Of a stretch of 64,000 bases of DNA, positions 10,396-20,673 are shown piece by piece. The position numbers were made by a program, and so were the translations under genes. Source of the DNA: an uncultured Pseudomonadota bacterium (GTDB taxonomy: Bacteria; Oederibacteriota; Muellerivitia; Muellerivitales; Muellerivitaceae); assembly GCA_963843375.1 (NCBI GenBank), contig CAWJKT010000014.1:128001-192000 (forward strand), read 5' to 3'. The notes beneath the pieces are model-generated. The model saw nothing but the letters and a program-made list of their open reading frames with translations. It did not search any database and had not been told where the DNA came from. Numbering within the stretch: the first letter of the stretch is position 1; each line of letters starts with the position of its first letter.

Positions 10396-11592
10396 CTAAA
10401 ACGAATAACGCAAATCCGCTTCGGTCAGAGTAACAATACCGGCGTTAGTACTAGACTGGAATGCGATACCGTTTCCCGGTTCGAAATTATTGAGGGATGT
10501 TTCTAGGGAACGCACGAGGACCCTAGTATCTAAGATCCAATTTTCCCAACGGAAGCCCGCTCCAACACTGAAAACTGCAGTATTGGGAATGGTCGGATCG
10601 TAAGTAATGCCGCTTGAGACTTGCTGGTCGAAAATTGACTTAAAAAGCCCTGCCCGCAGGATCAGCCAAGGGGTAAGCGAGTCCTCGACACTGCCGTTCC
10701 AGCCGATACTCCAATTGGATTGGCTATCTCCGCCGGTGCCATCAACCACGAAACCTGTCGAAACAAGCCCATTCCCGCCATGAACCTCGTGATTTAGGGC
10801 AAGGCCAAAGGTGGCCAGGGTTTGAGTTGTGTCCAAACCGGAAGTATCCTGGTATTGATCCAACCCCAAATCGCCGAACAACCTTAAATTGTCCTGCGGA
10901 CTCATATCATGCTGTAAAAGGGAGCCTAGGCTAAGGGAAAAGATCCCGTTGCTCCTGACGCCGGTGTCGCCGTTTTGGAATGTCCCGAAGGTATAACCGG
11001 CATGAAAGTCGGCCTCACTAAAGGCCCCGCCACCTTTGAATCCTATTCCCATTTCTGCGCCCAAGGTGCGGGCATAATCGGTGCCGCTGTTTTGCATGTC
11101 ACCATAGTTCAACCGGATGCCGAAGTCCGAGGAACCAAAGGATTGGGCCCAGAATAGATCCACCTTGTTCGCTGGCATAGAGGTGGACCCCCAGGGTGTT
11201 GTACCCCCCACCGGACGCCAGTATTCCCCGTACACCGTATAATAAAGGGGAGTGAATGGTCGGTTCACGTAAGCGCCGAGGACCCCAATGTCCTGTTGCT
11301 TGCCGTCGATAACGCCGCCCCATTCATATTGTTCGGAAGTGGAGGTGTCGGCGTTATAACTTCCAAAACCGCTGGGGTTGCCCTTGGTCTCTGATGCCCC
11401 ATTATTCAACTGAAAATCCGTTGTGTCCTGGTATTGGATTACCTTTTGGGGATACATCCAAATCAAGTCCAAGTCCTCAGTCATACGTGGGTCGGAACTC
11501 AAAGAATCGATGCGAGGATCTCCATAAAGCTTGGAACCTAAAACCATTGTCAGGATTCCCAACATAACAGCCCTGGAAGTTTTTTTTATCAT
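10396..11592 (-). CDS. Outer-membrane beta-barrel protein
   Basis: Signal peptide, amphipathic beta-strands, C-terminal ADLRYSF BAM signature. Confidence 0.8.
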   Translation of the reverse strand: MIKKTSRAVMLGILTMVLGSKLYGDPRIDSLSSDPRMTEDLDLIWMYPQKVIQYQDTTDFQLNNGASETKGNPSGFGSYNADTSTSEQYEWGGVIDGKQQDIGVLGAYVNRPFTPLYYTVYGEYWRPVGGTTPWGSTSMPANKVDLFWAQSFGSSDFGIRLNYGDMQNSGTDYARTLGAEMGIGFKGGGAFSEADFHAGYTFGTFQNGDTGVRSNGIFSLSLGSLLQHDMSPQDNLRLFGDLGLDQYQDTSGLDTTQTLATFGLALNHEVHGGNGLVSTGFVVDGTGGDSQSNWSIGWNGSVEDSLTPWLILRAGLFKSIFDQQVSSGITYDPTIPNTAVFSVGAGFRWENWILDTRVLVRSLETSLNNFEPGNGIAFQSSTNAGIVTLTEADLRYSF

Positions 11593-11623
11593 TTTTCTTT
11601 CACCGTTTTTAATGGCAAATCTT

Positions 11624-14482
11624 TTAGTTCATGATCAATTCTTTGAAAATATAGCGGTTTTCCTGACCACCTGCTACAACTTCTAATACCACATAATATA
11701 GGCCGTTGGAAAAATTAGCTGTCGGCAAGTCAAGGGTATAGGTGTGGTTCCCGGCGGAGGTCGGCAAGGAAGAGTTTTGAAAAACCCGACGGAATGCGGT
11801 GGTGAAGACCTTCACTTCGACGCTCTCGGAGGTTTGGGCTAGGAAATAATTAAGGTGGAGAAGTTGAGCCCCCCCGGTGGGGTTGGGAAAAATCGATGGT
11901 CCGCTGGCGGTCACTTGGGTATTTGTGAAAGTTGGGGTAAAGGTGACCGTGGGGGTGTTCGTGAACGTGCGTGTATTAGTGGCTGTCGCGGTCGGGGTGG
12001 GGGTATAAGTAATAGTAGGTGTGTTCGTGATGGTCGGAGTGAAAGTGATCGTTGGCGTAAATGTGATCGTAGGGGTGTTGGTAACCGTGGGGGTGTTTGT
12101 GACCGTTGGGCTGGGCGTGGGGGAAGGCCCGAATTTGGCGATAAAAGCGTCCGGAAGGAACTCATCTGAAGTGTTATTCAAGTTGGTTTGTGGAGCTCCA
12201 GGTGTAGTCGGCATGTTGGCGTCTTCGGTTTCTCCCACGATATATACGCCTCCCATCATATCAATGGCGAGAGCTGTACCGATCTCGTAACCGGTGTTTG
12301 CGACGCTTCCGAAACAAGTCGACCATACCAACGCAGTTCCTGATGCATTGAACTGGGACACAAAAGCCTCACTGGCTGGCGTGGTATAAGGATAATGGGC
12401 CACTGCGTAGTCGCTGGTCGTTCCGGTTACCGGGAAATCGTTTGAGGCGCTGAGTCCCCCTACGTAGGCGTTGTCATTCCCATCCACCGCGATGCCTCGG
12501 CCTTGATCCTCGTTGCTTCCGCCAAGGAAAGTGGAATAGACCAAGGCCGTTCCAGAAGAGTTTAATTTGGAAAGGAAGCCGTCGCTATCCGTTGTGTTAT
12601 TACCCATGTTGATAACAGTGTAGGGAGCTCCGTTGGTTGTCCAGAAATTCGGGGAGAAAGTCAAACCGGTCACATAGGCATTCCCGTCCGAATCCAATGC
12701 GATAGCATTGCCTTGGTCATACACGTTCCCCCCCAAGAAGGTGGAATAGATCAGTGCCGATCCCGAAGGGTTCAATTTCGTCACGAAAGCATTGGTAGCC
12801 CCGGTAGCGCCAAGCGAGGGTTGGAAAGGTGTTCCGGGCCCTGATTCGGTGACGGGGAAATTAGCCGAGGATGCCTCCCCGGTCACGTAGGCGTTCCCGT
12901 TTCCATCCACGGCGATGGCATAACCCATATCACCGTTGGTTCCCCCGTTCCCGCCCAGAAAAGTGGAATAAACCAAAGAGGAGGTTCCGCTCTGGTTCAT
13001 GTTCAATTTGGCCACAAAGGCGTTGGTGGCGTTGGTTGCGCCGAGAGCCGTTTGGTAGGCGCCGTTAGTTATCGGAAAATCGGTGGAGTTGGTTTGACCC
13101 GTCACGTAAACGAAATCGGCTGAGTCAAGCGCCAAGGCGTAAGCGAGATCATTCCCGCCGCTTCCCCCTAAAAAGGTGGAATAAAGCAATTCCGAACCTG
13201 TGGGATCCAGCTCGCTGATGTAAGCATCGGAGCCTCCGCTGGAAGTGGTCTGATAGGCATTCGTGACAGGAAAGGTATTTGTATTGGGGGAGTCGGAGGG
13301 GGGACTGGTCGGCCCGTCCACGTAACAATTCCCGCTTCCGTCAACCGCAATGCCCATATTGAATTCCGCAGGGTTATATTCGGTGCCGTTTCCTCCCAAG
13401 TAAGTGACATAGTCCCATGCCGTACCCGAAGAATTGATTTTGGCGACAAAAGCGTCGGCGGTACCGGTAAAGGTAGTTTGGTAAGATCCGGTGGTTGTCG
13501 GAAAATCAGTAGAAAATGTGTGGCCCGTGAAAAAAGCATCACCCGATGAATCCACGGCCACGCCAAAAGCCCCGTCGTGGTTGCTACCGCCCAGATAAGT
13601 GGAGTAATCCAAGACTGGATCGATAACCAGGGGCCTCGTCTTATCATAGGATGGCACATCAAATCCGACTTCTTTTGTGCCGGTTAACTTGTACCGGCCC
13701 AGTACCGGCTTGCGGACAGTTCCCTGGTTTTGGTATAGGACCGGTGCTTTGAACACCAAGCTGCCCAAGGAAGTTTTCAGGGCAAGGCTTCCGTCGGTGC
13801 CAATGTCCACCGAATCCGCTCCTTCAAAGGATAAGCGAATGACGTCGATATCGGACCCAGGTTGAACTTTAAAATCATATTCCAAACGCCCTTGGCTCCC
13901 GTAATATTCGATATTGATTCCTGGATAAACTCCCTGAATTCCAACTCGAGCATATTGAGGAATATGGGTATGCCAATGGGCGGGTTGATTGCCAATGAAG
14001 TAATTGCTGATTCCCGGAAGCTTTTCCATGCCTTCCGGGGAAAGATTTGAAATAGTTCCTTCCAATTTCATCCTTAAGACGGCTTTCTGGATCGCAGGCG
14101 GGCTTGGCCGATTACCCTTGCCCTTTGGAAATTTTCCAGGCGGTAGTGTGGAAGAAATTTTTTGGAGCACCAAGAAGGCGTCCAGAGATGTAAGAAAGAA
14201 AATGTATCCGGGACCGCGTGAAATGAACTTCGCCCGGGGATTTGTCTGGCCCTCATTGGGTTCAAAATAAAGGGGTAATTGGCTGGAGGAAAATGATAGA
14301 GCGGGCTGAGGGGGCGTTCCCTTTTGGAAAAATAAAGGAGCTTTTAAAGGGCTAAATGCTGGGACTCCACTTTGGGCCCAATCCGCCGATGATTGAAAAA
14401 ACAAATAACTTAAGATGAAGCTCATAAACCATAAATATTTTTTCAGGGACTGCATGACTTCCTTCGCTTGACAATGAATCAT
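11624..14482 (-). CDS. SBBP beta-propeller repeat protein with Thr/Pro stalk and T9SS-like C-terminal domain
   Basis: FEPNEGQ N-terminal domain; repeated YSTFLGG..D.G.AIAVD..GNAYVTG; TPT linker; IFPNP...NGLYYVVL C-terminus. Confidence 0.9.
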   Translation of the reverse strand: MIHCQAKEVMQSLKKYLWFMSFILSYLFFQSSADWAQSGVPAFSPLKAPLFFQKGTPPQPALSFSSSQLPLYFEPNEGQTNPRAKFISRGPGYIFFLTSLDAFLVLQKISSTLPPGKFPKGKGNRPSPPAIQKAVLRMKLEGTISNLSPEGMEKLPGISNYFIGNQPAHWHTHIPQYARVGIQGVYPGINIEYYGSQGRLEYDFKVQPGSDIDVIRLSFEGADSVDIGTDGSLALKTSLGSLVFKAPVLYQNQGTVRKPVLGRYKLTGTKEVGFDVPSYDKTRPLVIDPVLDYSTYLGGSNHDGAFGVAVDSSGDAFFTGHTFSTDFPTTTGSYQTTFTGTADAFVAKINSSGTAWDYVTYLGGNGTEYNPAEFNMGIAVDGSGNCYVDGPTSPPSDSPNTNTFPVTNAYQTTSSGGSDAYISELDPTGSELLYSTFLGGSGGNDLAYALALDSADFVYVTGQTNSTDFPITNGAYQTALGATNATNAFVAKLNMNQSGTSSLVYSTFLGGNGGTNGDMGYAIAVDGNGNAYVTGEASSANFPVTESGPGTPFQPSLGATGATNAFVTKLNPSGSALIYSTFLGGNVYDQGNAIALDSDGNAYVTGLTFSPNFWTTNGAPYTVINMGNNTTDSDGFLSKLNSSGTALVYSTFLGGSNEDQGRGIAVDGNDNAYVGGLSASNDFPVTGTTSDYAVAHYPYTTPASEAFVSQFNASGTALVWSTCFGSVANTGYEIGTALAIDMMGGVYIVGETEDANMPTTPGAPQTNLNNTSDEFLPDAFIAKFGPSPTPSPTVTNTPTVTNTPTITFTPTITFTPTITNTPTITYTPTPTATATNTRTFTNTPTVTFTPTFTNTQVTASGPSIFPNPTGGAQLLHLNYFLAQTSESVEVKVFTTAFRRVFQNSSLPTSAGNHTYTLDLPTANFSNGLYYVVLEVVAGGQENRYIFKELIMN

Positions 14483-14611
14483 CGTGTGTTTCGTTTCTAA
14501 GAAGAACTTAGAATTTATTTCTATTGGTCAAAATCATAACACTTAATAACTTCAGATCAGGTTCTCGGGAAACCTCGATAAAATCGTCAATGTTTTAAGG
14601 TCAATTTGGAT

Positions 14612-14627
14612 GTAAAGAATCAGTAAA
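14612..14627 (-). promoter_or_regulatory. TTTAC-N6-TTTAC box (minus strand) upstream of the SBBP operon
   Basis: GTAAA at 14612 and 14623 on the plus strand. Confidence 0.4.
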
Positions 14628-14696
14628 GACTTTTACCCCTTTCCCATCGGATTGCTGGTAGCGCTTTTATCCCCTCGTGCAAATAACGATTTTAGA

Positions 14697-14714
14697 AATT
14701 GAACCGGTTCAATT
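14697..14714. promoter_or_regulatory. Perfect 18-bp palindrome AATTGAACCGGTTCAATT, LacI-like operator candidate
   Basis: Perfect inverted repeat with central CG in a divergent intergenic region. Confidence 0.55.
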
Positions 14715-14772
14715 GGTTGATTTTAGTAAGACAGGAGATCGAATCCGATCTTGTCTTTGAAGCCTGATTTTC

Positions 14773-14788
14773 TTTACTTCTTCTTTAC
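14773..14788 (+). promoter_or_regulatory. TTTAC-N6-TTTAC box upstream of the 15084 exoprotein
   Basis: TTTAC at 14773 and 14784. Confidence 0.4.
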
Positions 14789-15083
14789 CGTCTTTAAGGA
14801 ATTAATTTCTATTAAAGTGCAGGTAGTTAATAAAGCATATCAAGTTGTTAAAATGTTTTAGATATTCCGTCAGTCTTTAATTTGGGAAACGATGGAAAAG
14901 AGAGATTATAAAACCGATATAAAGTCGGTTTCGAAGGCTGTATGAATGTCATTCTGAAGAAGAAGGCTAAAAATAAAATTCTTCTGTAAGGGAGACGCCT
15001 TTTCTCTTACGAGGATAATTTTCTTGTGCCCGCAAACGAAAGGTCGGTGATTATGGTCAACGGTTCCCTCGCAAGCCGGATTC

Positions 15084-18000
15084 TTGAATCGAAGTTCATT
15101 TCGATTCGCTTTTCTGCTTTGTCTTTACGTCCTTTTCTTTGCCGGTGTTGGCACAGGTCGTGCCTGGACAAACGGCAGCTTTACCGCCGGGTTGACGGGC
15201 TGGGCGACTTCTTTCGCCAATCCAGGACTTGCGAATGGTTGTGGTAACCCTTCGGCGACAGTGGTCAACGCCACCACGGCCTCGGCTGTTGGTACGGGGG
15301 TTGCTCCCAACACGGATGGATTGCTACCAGACCATCCGGCTTGCAGTCCGGACGCAGTTCAACTATGGCCATCCCATGGAGATGCCAACCACGGGGATTG
15401 GGTTCAAATTGAGCAAACCGATACGGTGCCCACCAATGGCGACACCTGTTTCACTTTCTATTTCGCAGGCGTCTTTGAGAATTATCATTATTTACAGGGC
15501 GAAACCGCCAACAATTCAGACGCCTACATGCTGGTTAATATGATCGTTGGCGGCGCCGTGGTGGCCACCCTCAATTATAGTTGGGAAACCACCCTGCCCC
15601 AAATTATCCAACTCACCAACGCCCAGGTTCCGGCCGTCGGAGATGGCACCGTGTGTGATATTGACGGAACCCCAAACAATTGGGGTTACGTGCCCTGGAC
15701 TCAATACACCATCAACCTTTGCAAATATGCCGGACAGCAAGTCACCTTTCAGGCCATTTTTTACGATTGCGACGCGGGCGGCCATTATGGTTTTGGTTAT
15801 ATTAGTTGCCTAAACTGGGAATCGTGCCCGCCTCCCGCCATGACCATCACCAAAACCAATGTACCATCAGGCTTGGTGTCACCAGGCGAAGTCATCGACT
15901 ATACCTTGACCTACAAGAACAACGGTACTGGTCCCGCGGATGGAGTCGTTATCAACGACACAATTCCAACGGGTACCACCTTGGTGGCCGGATCGATTAC
16001 TAGCAATCCTATAGCCTTTTTCACAAGCGAGGTGGGAAACGACATTGTGTGGGATGTGGGATATGTGGCAGCCGGAGCTTCCGGCACTCTTTCGTTTCAA
16101 GTCACGGCCCCCGACAGTAAATGCGTAACCTTCACCAATGTCGCACAGGAGACGGATCTCACGGTGGCTTGTGGCACCACTCCGCCCCAATCCAATCCCG
16201 TGACGAATTGGTTGGGAGGATGCACGCCTACGCCCTCGCCGACCTATACCGCTTCAGACACAGCCACAGCCACGAACACAAAGACGCCATCGCCAACTTA
16301 TACGGCATCGGATACGACCACGAGTACAGCATCCCCAACGAACACAAAAACCGCAACATATACGCCAACTCCCACCAACACAAATACCGATACCGTTACG
16401 CCGACCAATACTCCTTCAGTTACCAACACCCCCACCCCAACGAACACAAAAACCAACACAGTTACACCAACCAACACTCCTACCAATACCAATACTCCCA
16501 CGCCTACAAATACTCCCTTACCAACCAATACTCCCACTAATACGAGCACAAGCACCGAGATTTTTACATCGACAAGCACTAATACGTCTACCTACACCAA
16601 TACACCCACGAATACGTCTACTGGTACCAACACCTCCACCAATACCGTTATGCCGACCAATACTCCCACCCTCACGAATACTTCGACCCCCACCAATACA
16701 CCCACTAGTACTAATACGCCGATAAACACGATAATATCCACCGTCGTGGTAGCCCCAAGCAATACACCTACCAACCCCACACCTATAAACACTATTATTT
16801 CCACTGTGGTGACAGGACCCAGCAACACACCCACAGTTGATCCCACACCTATAAACACGATCGTTTCTACAATAGTATCGGCACCAACGAATACACCCAC
16901 CATTGACCCAACACCGATGAACTCTTTTACTGTAACTGAAACCCCTACGATTTCGGATACACCGATCTTCACGAATACTACGACATTCACTTATACATCC
17001 ACCAATAGCTTTTCCCCGACGAACACATCGACAGAAAGTTGTACTCGCACCCCAACAAATACTCAAGTCGCCACTAATACCAAAACCGCGACCCTCACCA
17101 ATACGGATACGCGTACTTCCACCACCACTTTTACCTTTACGGCTACCCCGACATTAACCCTTACTCCAACGCCGATGTCGACCGTTCAGGTTTCGATGAA
17201 CAAGACTGTGTCTTCATCCACGGCGGTATCAGGGAACATATTGACATACACCTTGAGCCTTGTCGTAACGGGGAATATGGTCTCTGGAGTGGTGGTGATG
17301 GATACTCTTCCAGATTACGTGACTTATGTGGGTAGCGGAATTAATAATCCTTCGACGCTTCCTACGCCTGTTTTTCAACCAACTATTGGTCAATTGATCT
17401 GGACTTTGCCACCCCTTAATCCGGGGGCTTATCAGCTTTCTTATCAAACCCAAGTAAATAATCTCGTGCCAGGTGAAACGCAACTCATCAATAGGGCGGT
17501 AATGACTTATCCGGGGTCGGGTCCAGTGACAAGCGTCGCGCCCGTGATCGTGGTTGGGGAATATTTAGTAAATATTGGGGTTTATAACGAAGCGGGTGAA
17601 TTGGTGGAGCAGTTATTTTCCGAAGAGCTATCGCAACCTATCGAATCTATAGCATTTGGAGCCAGCAACACCATCACGGCCATAAACAGCCCTGGTGGAG
17701 CGGTGACCGTCTATTTCGCGGACCAACCGATAGCGGTTTGGAACGGCAGTAATTCCGTTGGAAACCCGGTGACTAACGGAACTTACCTGATTAAAGCGGA
17801 AAATATCAACAACAGCAATAATATGGTTACAACCACCACCCTAGAAGCGATTGTCAGCCGGACTCTTTACCAGATAACGGTCCTGATCTATAACGAAGCT
17901 GGGGAAGTGGTGAGACATCTTTATGCCTATGTATCTAACCCTGGGGAGACTTCCGTATCAAATATGAGTCTTTCAGCTTCGATGATAGCACCATCCGAAA

Positions 18001-18476
18001 TAGGCGCATCGGTTACACCCTCTCAATTGAACATCCTATTGAGTAATGGGACCACGATCATTTGGGACGGGAAGAGCGATAGCGGAAGTTTCGTACAAAA
18101 TGGTGTGTATCTCGTGGAAGTCCAAGCTGGCACGGGCACTGGGGCTCTTATAGTCCAGCAGGTATCGGTAGAGGGCAACAACAGCTCCTCGGGAGCAGGA
18201 GTGGTGACGGCTTGGCCAAACGTCTTGAACGGTTCTATTGGCCCCATGGTAACGACATTACACACGAACTCCTCTTTAAGCCTAACTTTGAAGGCCTCCA
18301 TTTACACGGTAGCGGGTGAACTCGTCCACGTGATTGAGGGAAGCCCAGGAAGTAATCAAGTCGTGTGGAATGGTGCCGGAGTGGCTAGCGGGGTCTATTT
18401 AGCTCAAGTGGATGAATTTGATGCGAATGGGGGACTGCTGAACCGACAGGTAATCAAAATCGCCGTGATTCGTTAA
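15084..18476 (+). CDS. Large secreted protein: Cys-rich N-domain, DUF11 domains, Thr/Pro stalk, tandem FlgD-Ig and T9SS-like CTD
   Basis: Signal peptide; DUF11 (PGEVIDYTLTYKNNG...NDTIPTG); TNTPT repeats; repeated IYNEAGE.V and WDGKSDSG..VQNGVY; ends IKIAVIR. Confidence 0.85.
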   Translation: MNRSSFRFAFLLCLYVLFFAGVGTGRAWTNGSFTAGLTGWATSFANPGLANGCGNPSATVVNATTASAVGTGVAPNTDGLLPDHPACSPDAVQLWPSHGDANHGDWVQIEQTDTVPTNGDTCFTFYFAGVFENYHYLQGETANNSDAYMLVNMIVGGAVVATLNYSWETTLPQIIQLTNAQVPAVGDGTVCDIDGTPNNWGYVPWTQYTINLCKYAGQQVTFQAIFYDCDAGGHYGFGYISCLNWESCPPPAMTITKTNVPSGLVSPGEVIDYTLTYKNNGTGPADGVVINDTIPTGTTLVAGSITSNPIAFFTSEVGNDIVWDVGYVAAGASGTLSFQVTAPDSKCVTFTNVAQETDLTVACGTTPPQSNPVTNWLGGCTPTPSPTYTASDTATATNTKTPSPTYTASDTTTSTASPTNTKTATYTPTPTNTNTDTVTPTNTPSVTNTPTPTNTKTNTVTPTNTPTNTNTPTPTNTPLPTNTPTNTSTSTEIFTSTSTNTSTYTNTPTNTSTGTNTSTNTVMPTNTPTLTNTSTPTNTPTSTNTPINTIISTVVVAPSNTPTNPTPINTIISTVVTGPSNTPTVDPTPINTIVSTIVSAPTNTPTIDPTPMNSFTVTETPTISDTPIFTNTTTFTYTSTNSFSPTNTSTESCTRTPTNTQVATNTKTATLTNTDTRTSTTTFTFTATPTLTLTPTPMSTVQVSMNKTVSSSTAVSGNILTYTLSLVVTGNMVSGVVVMDTLPDYVTYVGSGINNPSTLPTPVFQPTIGQLIWTLPPLNPGAYQLSYQTQVNNLVPGETQLINRAVMTYPGSGPVTSVAPVIVVGEYLVNIGVYNEAGELVEQLFSEELSQPIESIAFGASNTITAINSPGGAVTVYFADQPIAVWNGSNSVGNPVTNGTYLIKAENINNSNNMVTTTTLEAIVSRTLYQITVLIYNEAGEVVRHLYAYVSNPGETSVSNMSLSASMIAPSEIGASVTPSQLNILLSNGTTIIWDGKSDSGSFVQNGVYLVEVQAGTGTGALIVQQVSVEGNNSSSGAGVVTAWPNVLNGSIGPMVTTLHTNSSLSLTLKASIYTVAGELVHVIEGSPGSNQVVWNGAGVASGVYLAQVDEFDANGGLLNRQVIKIAVIR

Positions 18477-18606
18477 ATTCTTATGCTAAGAAAAAAAGTT
18501 TTATTGTTTCTGCTTTGATAATGGTGAGCTTTGCGAGGTTATCACTTGAAACAAATCAATCAGGTGTTTAATTTCTAAAAATCATTTAGAGAAAAAAGTC
18601 CAAACC

Positions 18607-18828
18607 TTGATATCTTATTTATCTCGTGACGAAATGGAAAGCGTATTGCGTGTCATGACGGATCGCTTATGGTGGTCGGAAAGCATCCTTAAGCAAGGTG
18701 CCTTTTCTGGACTGACTTTAAAGGATAACGAAAAACAGGATTTAACTATTTCTTGCCCAACTCTATCGCAAGAAGAGCTGGAAAGCCTTTTGGTTGTCAT
18801 ACTAGACGGTATATTTCTGTTAAATTAG
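18607..18828 (+). CDS. Small hypothetical protein with internal helical repeat (LSRDEMESVL / LSQEELESLL)
   Basis: ORF track and internal similarity only; no clear RBS. Confidence 0.3.
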   Translation: MISYLSRDEMESVLRVMTDRLWWSESILKQGAFSGLTLKDNEKQDLTISCPTLSQEELESLLVVILDGIFLLN

Positions 18829-18846
18829 AGAAGAAACCGAACGACT

Positions 18847-20673
18847 TCATACAATAAGATTTGTTGCCTCATAAACTTTTACCGGTTCCGAAAATCCCTT
18901 TAGGGGAACAGGCTCCAAGGTTCGCATCTCCACGAGCCCCTTAAGCTTTCGGTACATGGAATCAGAAATTAAAACCTGGCCCGGGGCGGCTTTGGAGCAT
19001 AGCCGGGAAGCCAAGTTGACTTCCTCGCCAATGACCGTGTAATCGGTCCTTTTATCGCTTCCCAGGTTCCCCGACACCACCACCCCCGTATTGATGCCAA
19101 TTCCCATGGTAAGGGGAACCTGATTATTGGTCAGACGCTTCAGGTTGAGTTGTTTTAAAGCGGCTTGCATTTTCAAGGCGCATTTGACAGCTCTTAATTC
19201 CTTATCCTCGAAGGGCACAGGAGCCCCCCAAACCGCCATGAGGGCGTCCCCGATGAACTTGTCCAACGTTCCCTCGTGTTCAAAGACCACATCCACCATT
19301 TGGGTGAAGTACTCGTTGAGCTTGGCAACTAATTTTTCCGGGGCCATGTTCTCGCTGAAAGAAGTGAATCCCCGGATGTCGGTGAACATGATGGCGCATT
19401 CCCGTCTTTCGCCCGAAAGGGTCACTCCTCCCTCGGAGGAAAGAAGTTTTTTTGCCACTTGGGGAGCCACATACTTGCCAAGTAGATTTTTCACCCTTTC
19501 TTTTTCGCTTAAACCCACGATCATTTCATTAAAAGCTTGTCCCAATAGGCCCAATTCGTCCCGGCTTTTGAGATTCACCCTGACGTTCAAATTGCCCTGT
19601 CCGACTTCCTGAACTCCTTTTAAAAGGGTGTTGACGGGGGCGGTAATGCGCTGAGCGATAAAGAGGGCCATGCCAAAAGCAAAAACAGTGCCCAACAGAC
19701 CCAGGAATAGAATTGTTTGTTGGATGGTTTCCTGCACTGCCAGTGCCTTATCCTGGGACCTAAGTAAAACGTAATAACCTGGCTGGTCATTGTTGACGAC
19801 GACAAAAGGTGAGAAAAGACAAAGATAATTTTCATTGTTGAGTTTCACGCTCGCGTTAGTGGCGGCGTCCCCCGGGTTGGTTGGGGAAGAGATGGAAACC
19901 AGAGGGGCTAATGTCTGGGCTAGGGCGGGCATTTGTTGTAGGTTTTTGGTGGCGCCAAAGATTTTACTCGCCACGTTAAAGGTAATTTCACTGTCGGTCA
20001 TGCGGTTCATCCGGGCGGCTAAGTCGTCATCCAGGGCAAATCCTAATAGAAGGGTTCCTAAAACTCGTCCCCGGCTGGAGATAGGAACTGCCACGGTCTG
20101 GAACGCCAAGGAGGTTTCCGATACCTTCGGGTCGTCGGGTTTGAGGGTGTAAAGGAATCCTCCCCGGCTAGTATCCCCCGCCAGGGCCTTTTTGATGTTG
20201 GGCCAGTCGCCAGCGTACTCTTGCAAGGGTTTCTCTTTGGAGGGGTCCGGCTCGCGGCCCTGTAAAAGTGCGAGGTTTATTTCCGGGATGTGAAAACGGT
20301 CAAAAAGCACCCGGCCCGTCTGGTCGGTGACGATGAAAAGGGGAACCCCCACGGTACGATTCAAGTCCATGCAAAGTTCTGTAACAGTGGCCGCAATGGT
20401 ATCGAATTTCGGATCTTTCACGTCCAAAGCGGCGGTTAAACGGGGCAATCCTGCAATAAGGAAAGCTTTTTCAGCCAAATTGTCCGATCTTTCCCGCACG
20501 AAGCTGTTGAAAACAACATTGGTCCTGTCGAGATCCGATTTCAAGGCGTCAATACCGATGGGGTGAAGGCGTGCGTTGAGGGCAACTAGAACACTACCCA
20601 TGAGAACCGCCACTAAAAGTACCACTGCTAAAAGCAACTTGTCGCGAAGACGGATGAAAATAGGACTTCTCAT
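18847..20673 (-). CDS. Membrane adenylate/guanylate cyclase (Cache-like sensor, HAMP, class III cyclase)
   Basis: MFTDIRGFT, DKFIGDALM, GIGINTG, DYTVIGEEVNLASRL; HAMP DELGLLGQAFNEM. Confidence 0.95.
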   Translation of the reverse strand: MRSPIFIRLRDKLLLAVVLLVAVLMGSVLVALNARLHPIGIDALKSDLDRTNVVFNSFVRERSDNLAEKAFLIAGLPRLTAALDVKDPKFDTIAATVTELCMDLNRTVGVPLFIVTDQTGRVLFDRFHIPEINLALLQGREPDPSKEKPLQEYAGDWPNIKKALAGDTSRGGFLYTLKPDDPKVSETSLAFQTVAVPISSRGRVLGTLLLGFALDDDLAARMNRMTDSEITFNVASKIFGATKNLQQMPALAQTLAPLVSISSPTNPGDAATNASVKLNNENYLCLFSPFVVVNNDQPGYYVLLRSQDKALAVQETIQQTILFLGLLGTVFAFGMALFIAQRITAPVNTLLKGVQEVGQGNLNVRVNLKSRDELGLLGQAFNEMIVGLSEKERVKNLLGKYVAPQVAKKLLSSEGGVTLSGERRECAIMFTDIRGFTSFSENMAPEKLVAKLNEYFTQMVDVVFEHEGTLDKFIGDALMAVWGAPVPFEDKELRAVKCALKMQAALKQLNLKRLTNNQVPLTMGIGINTGVVVSGNLGSDKRTDYTVIGEEVNLASRLCSKAAPGQVLISDSMYRKLKGLVEMRTLEPVPLKGFSEPVKVYEATNLIV

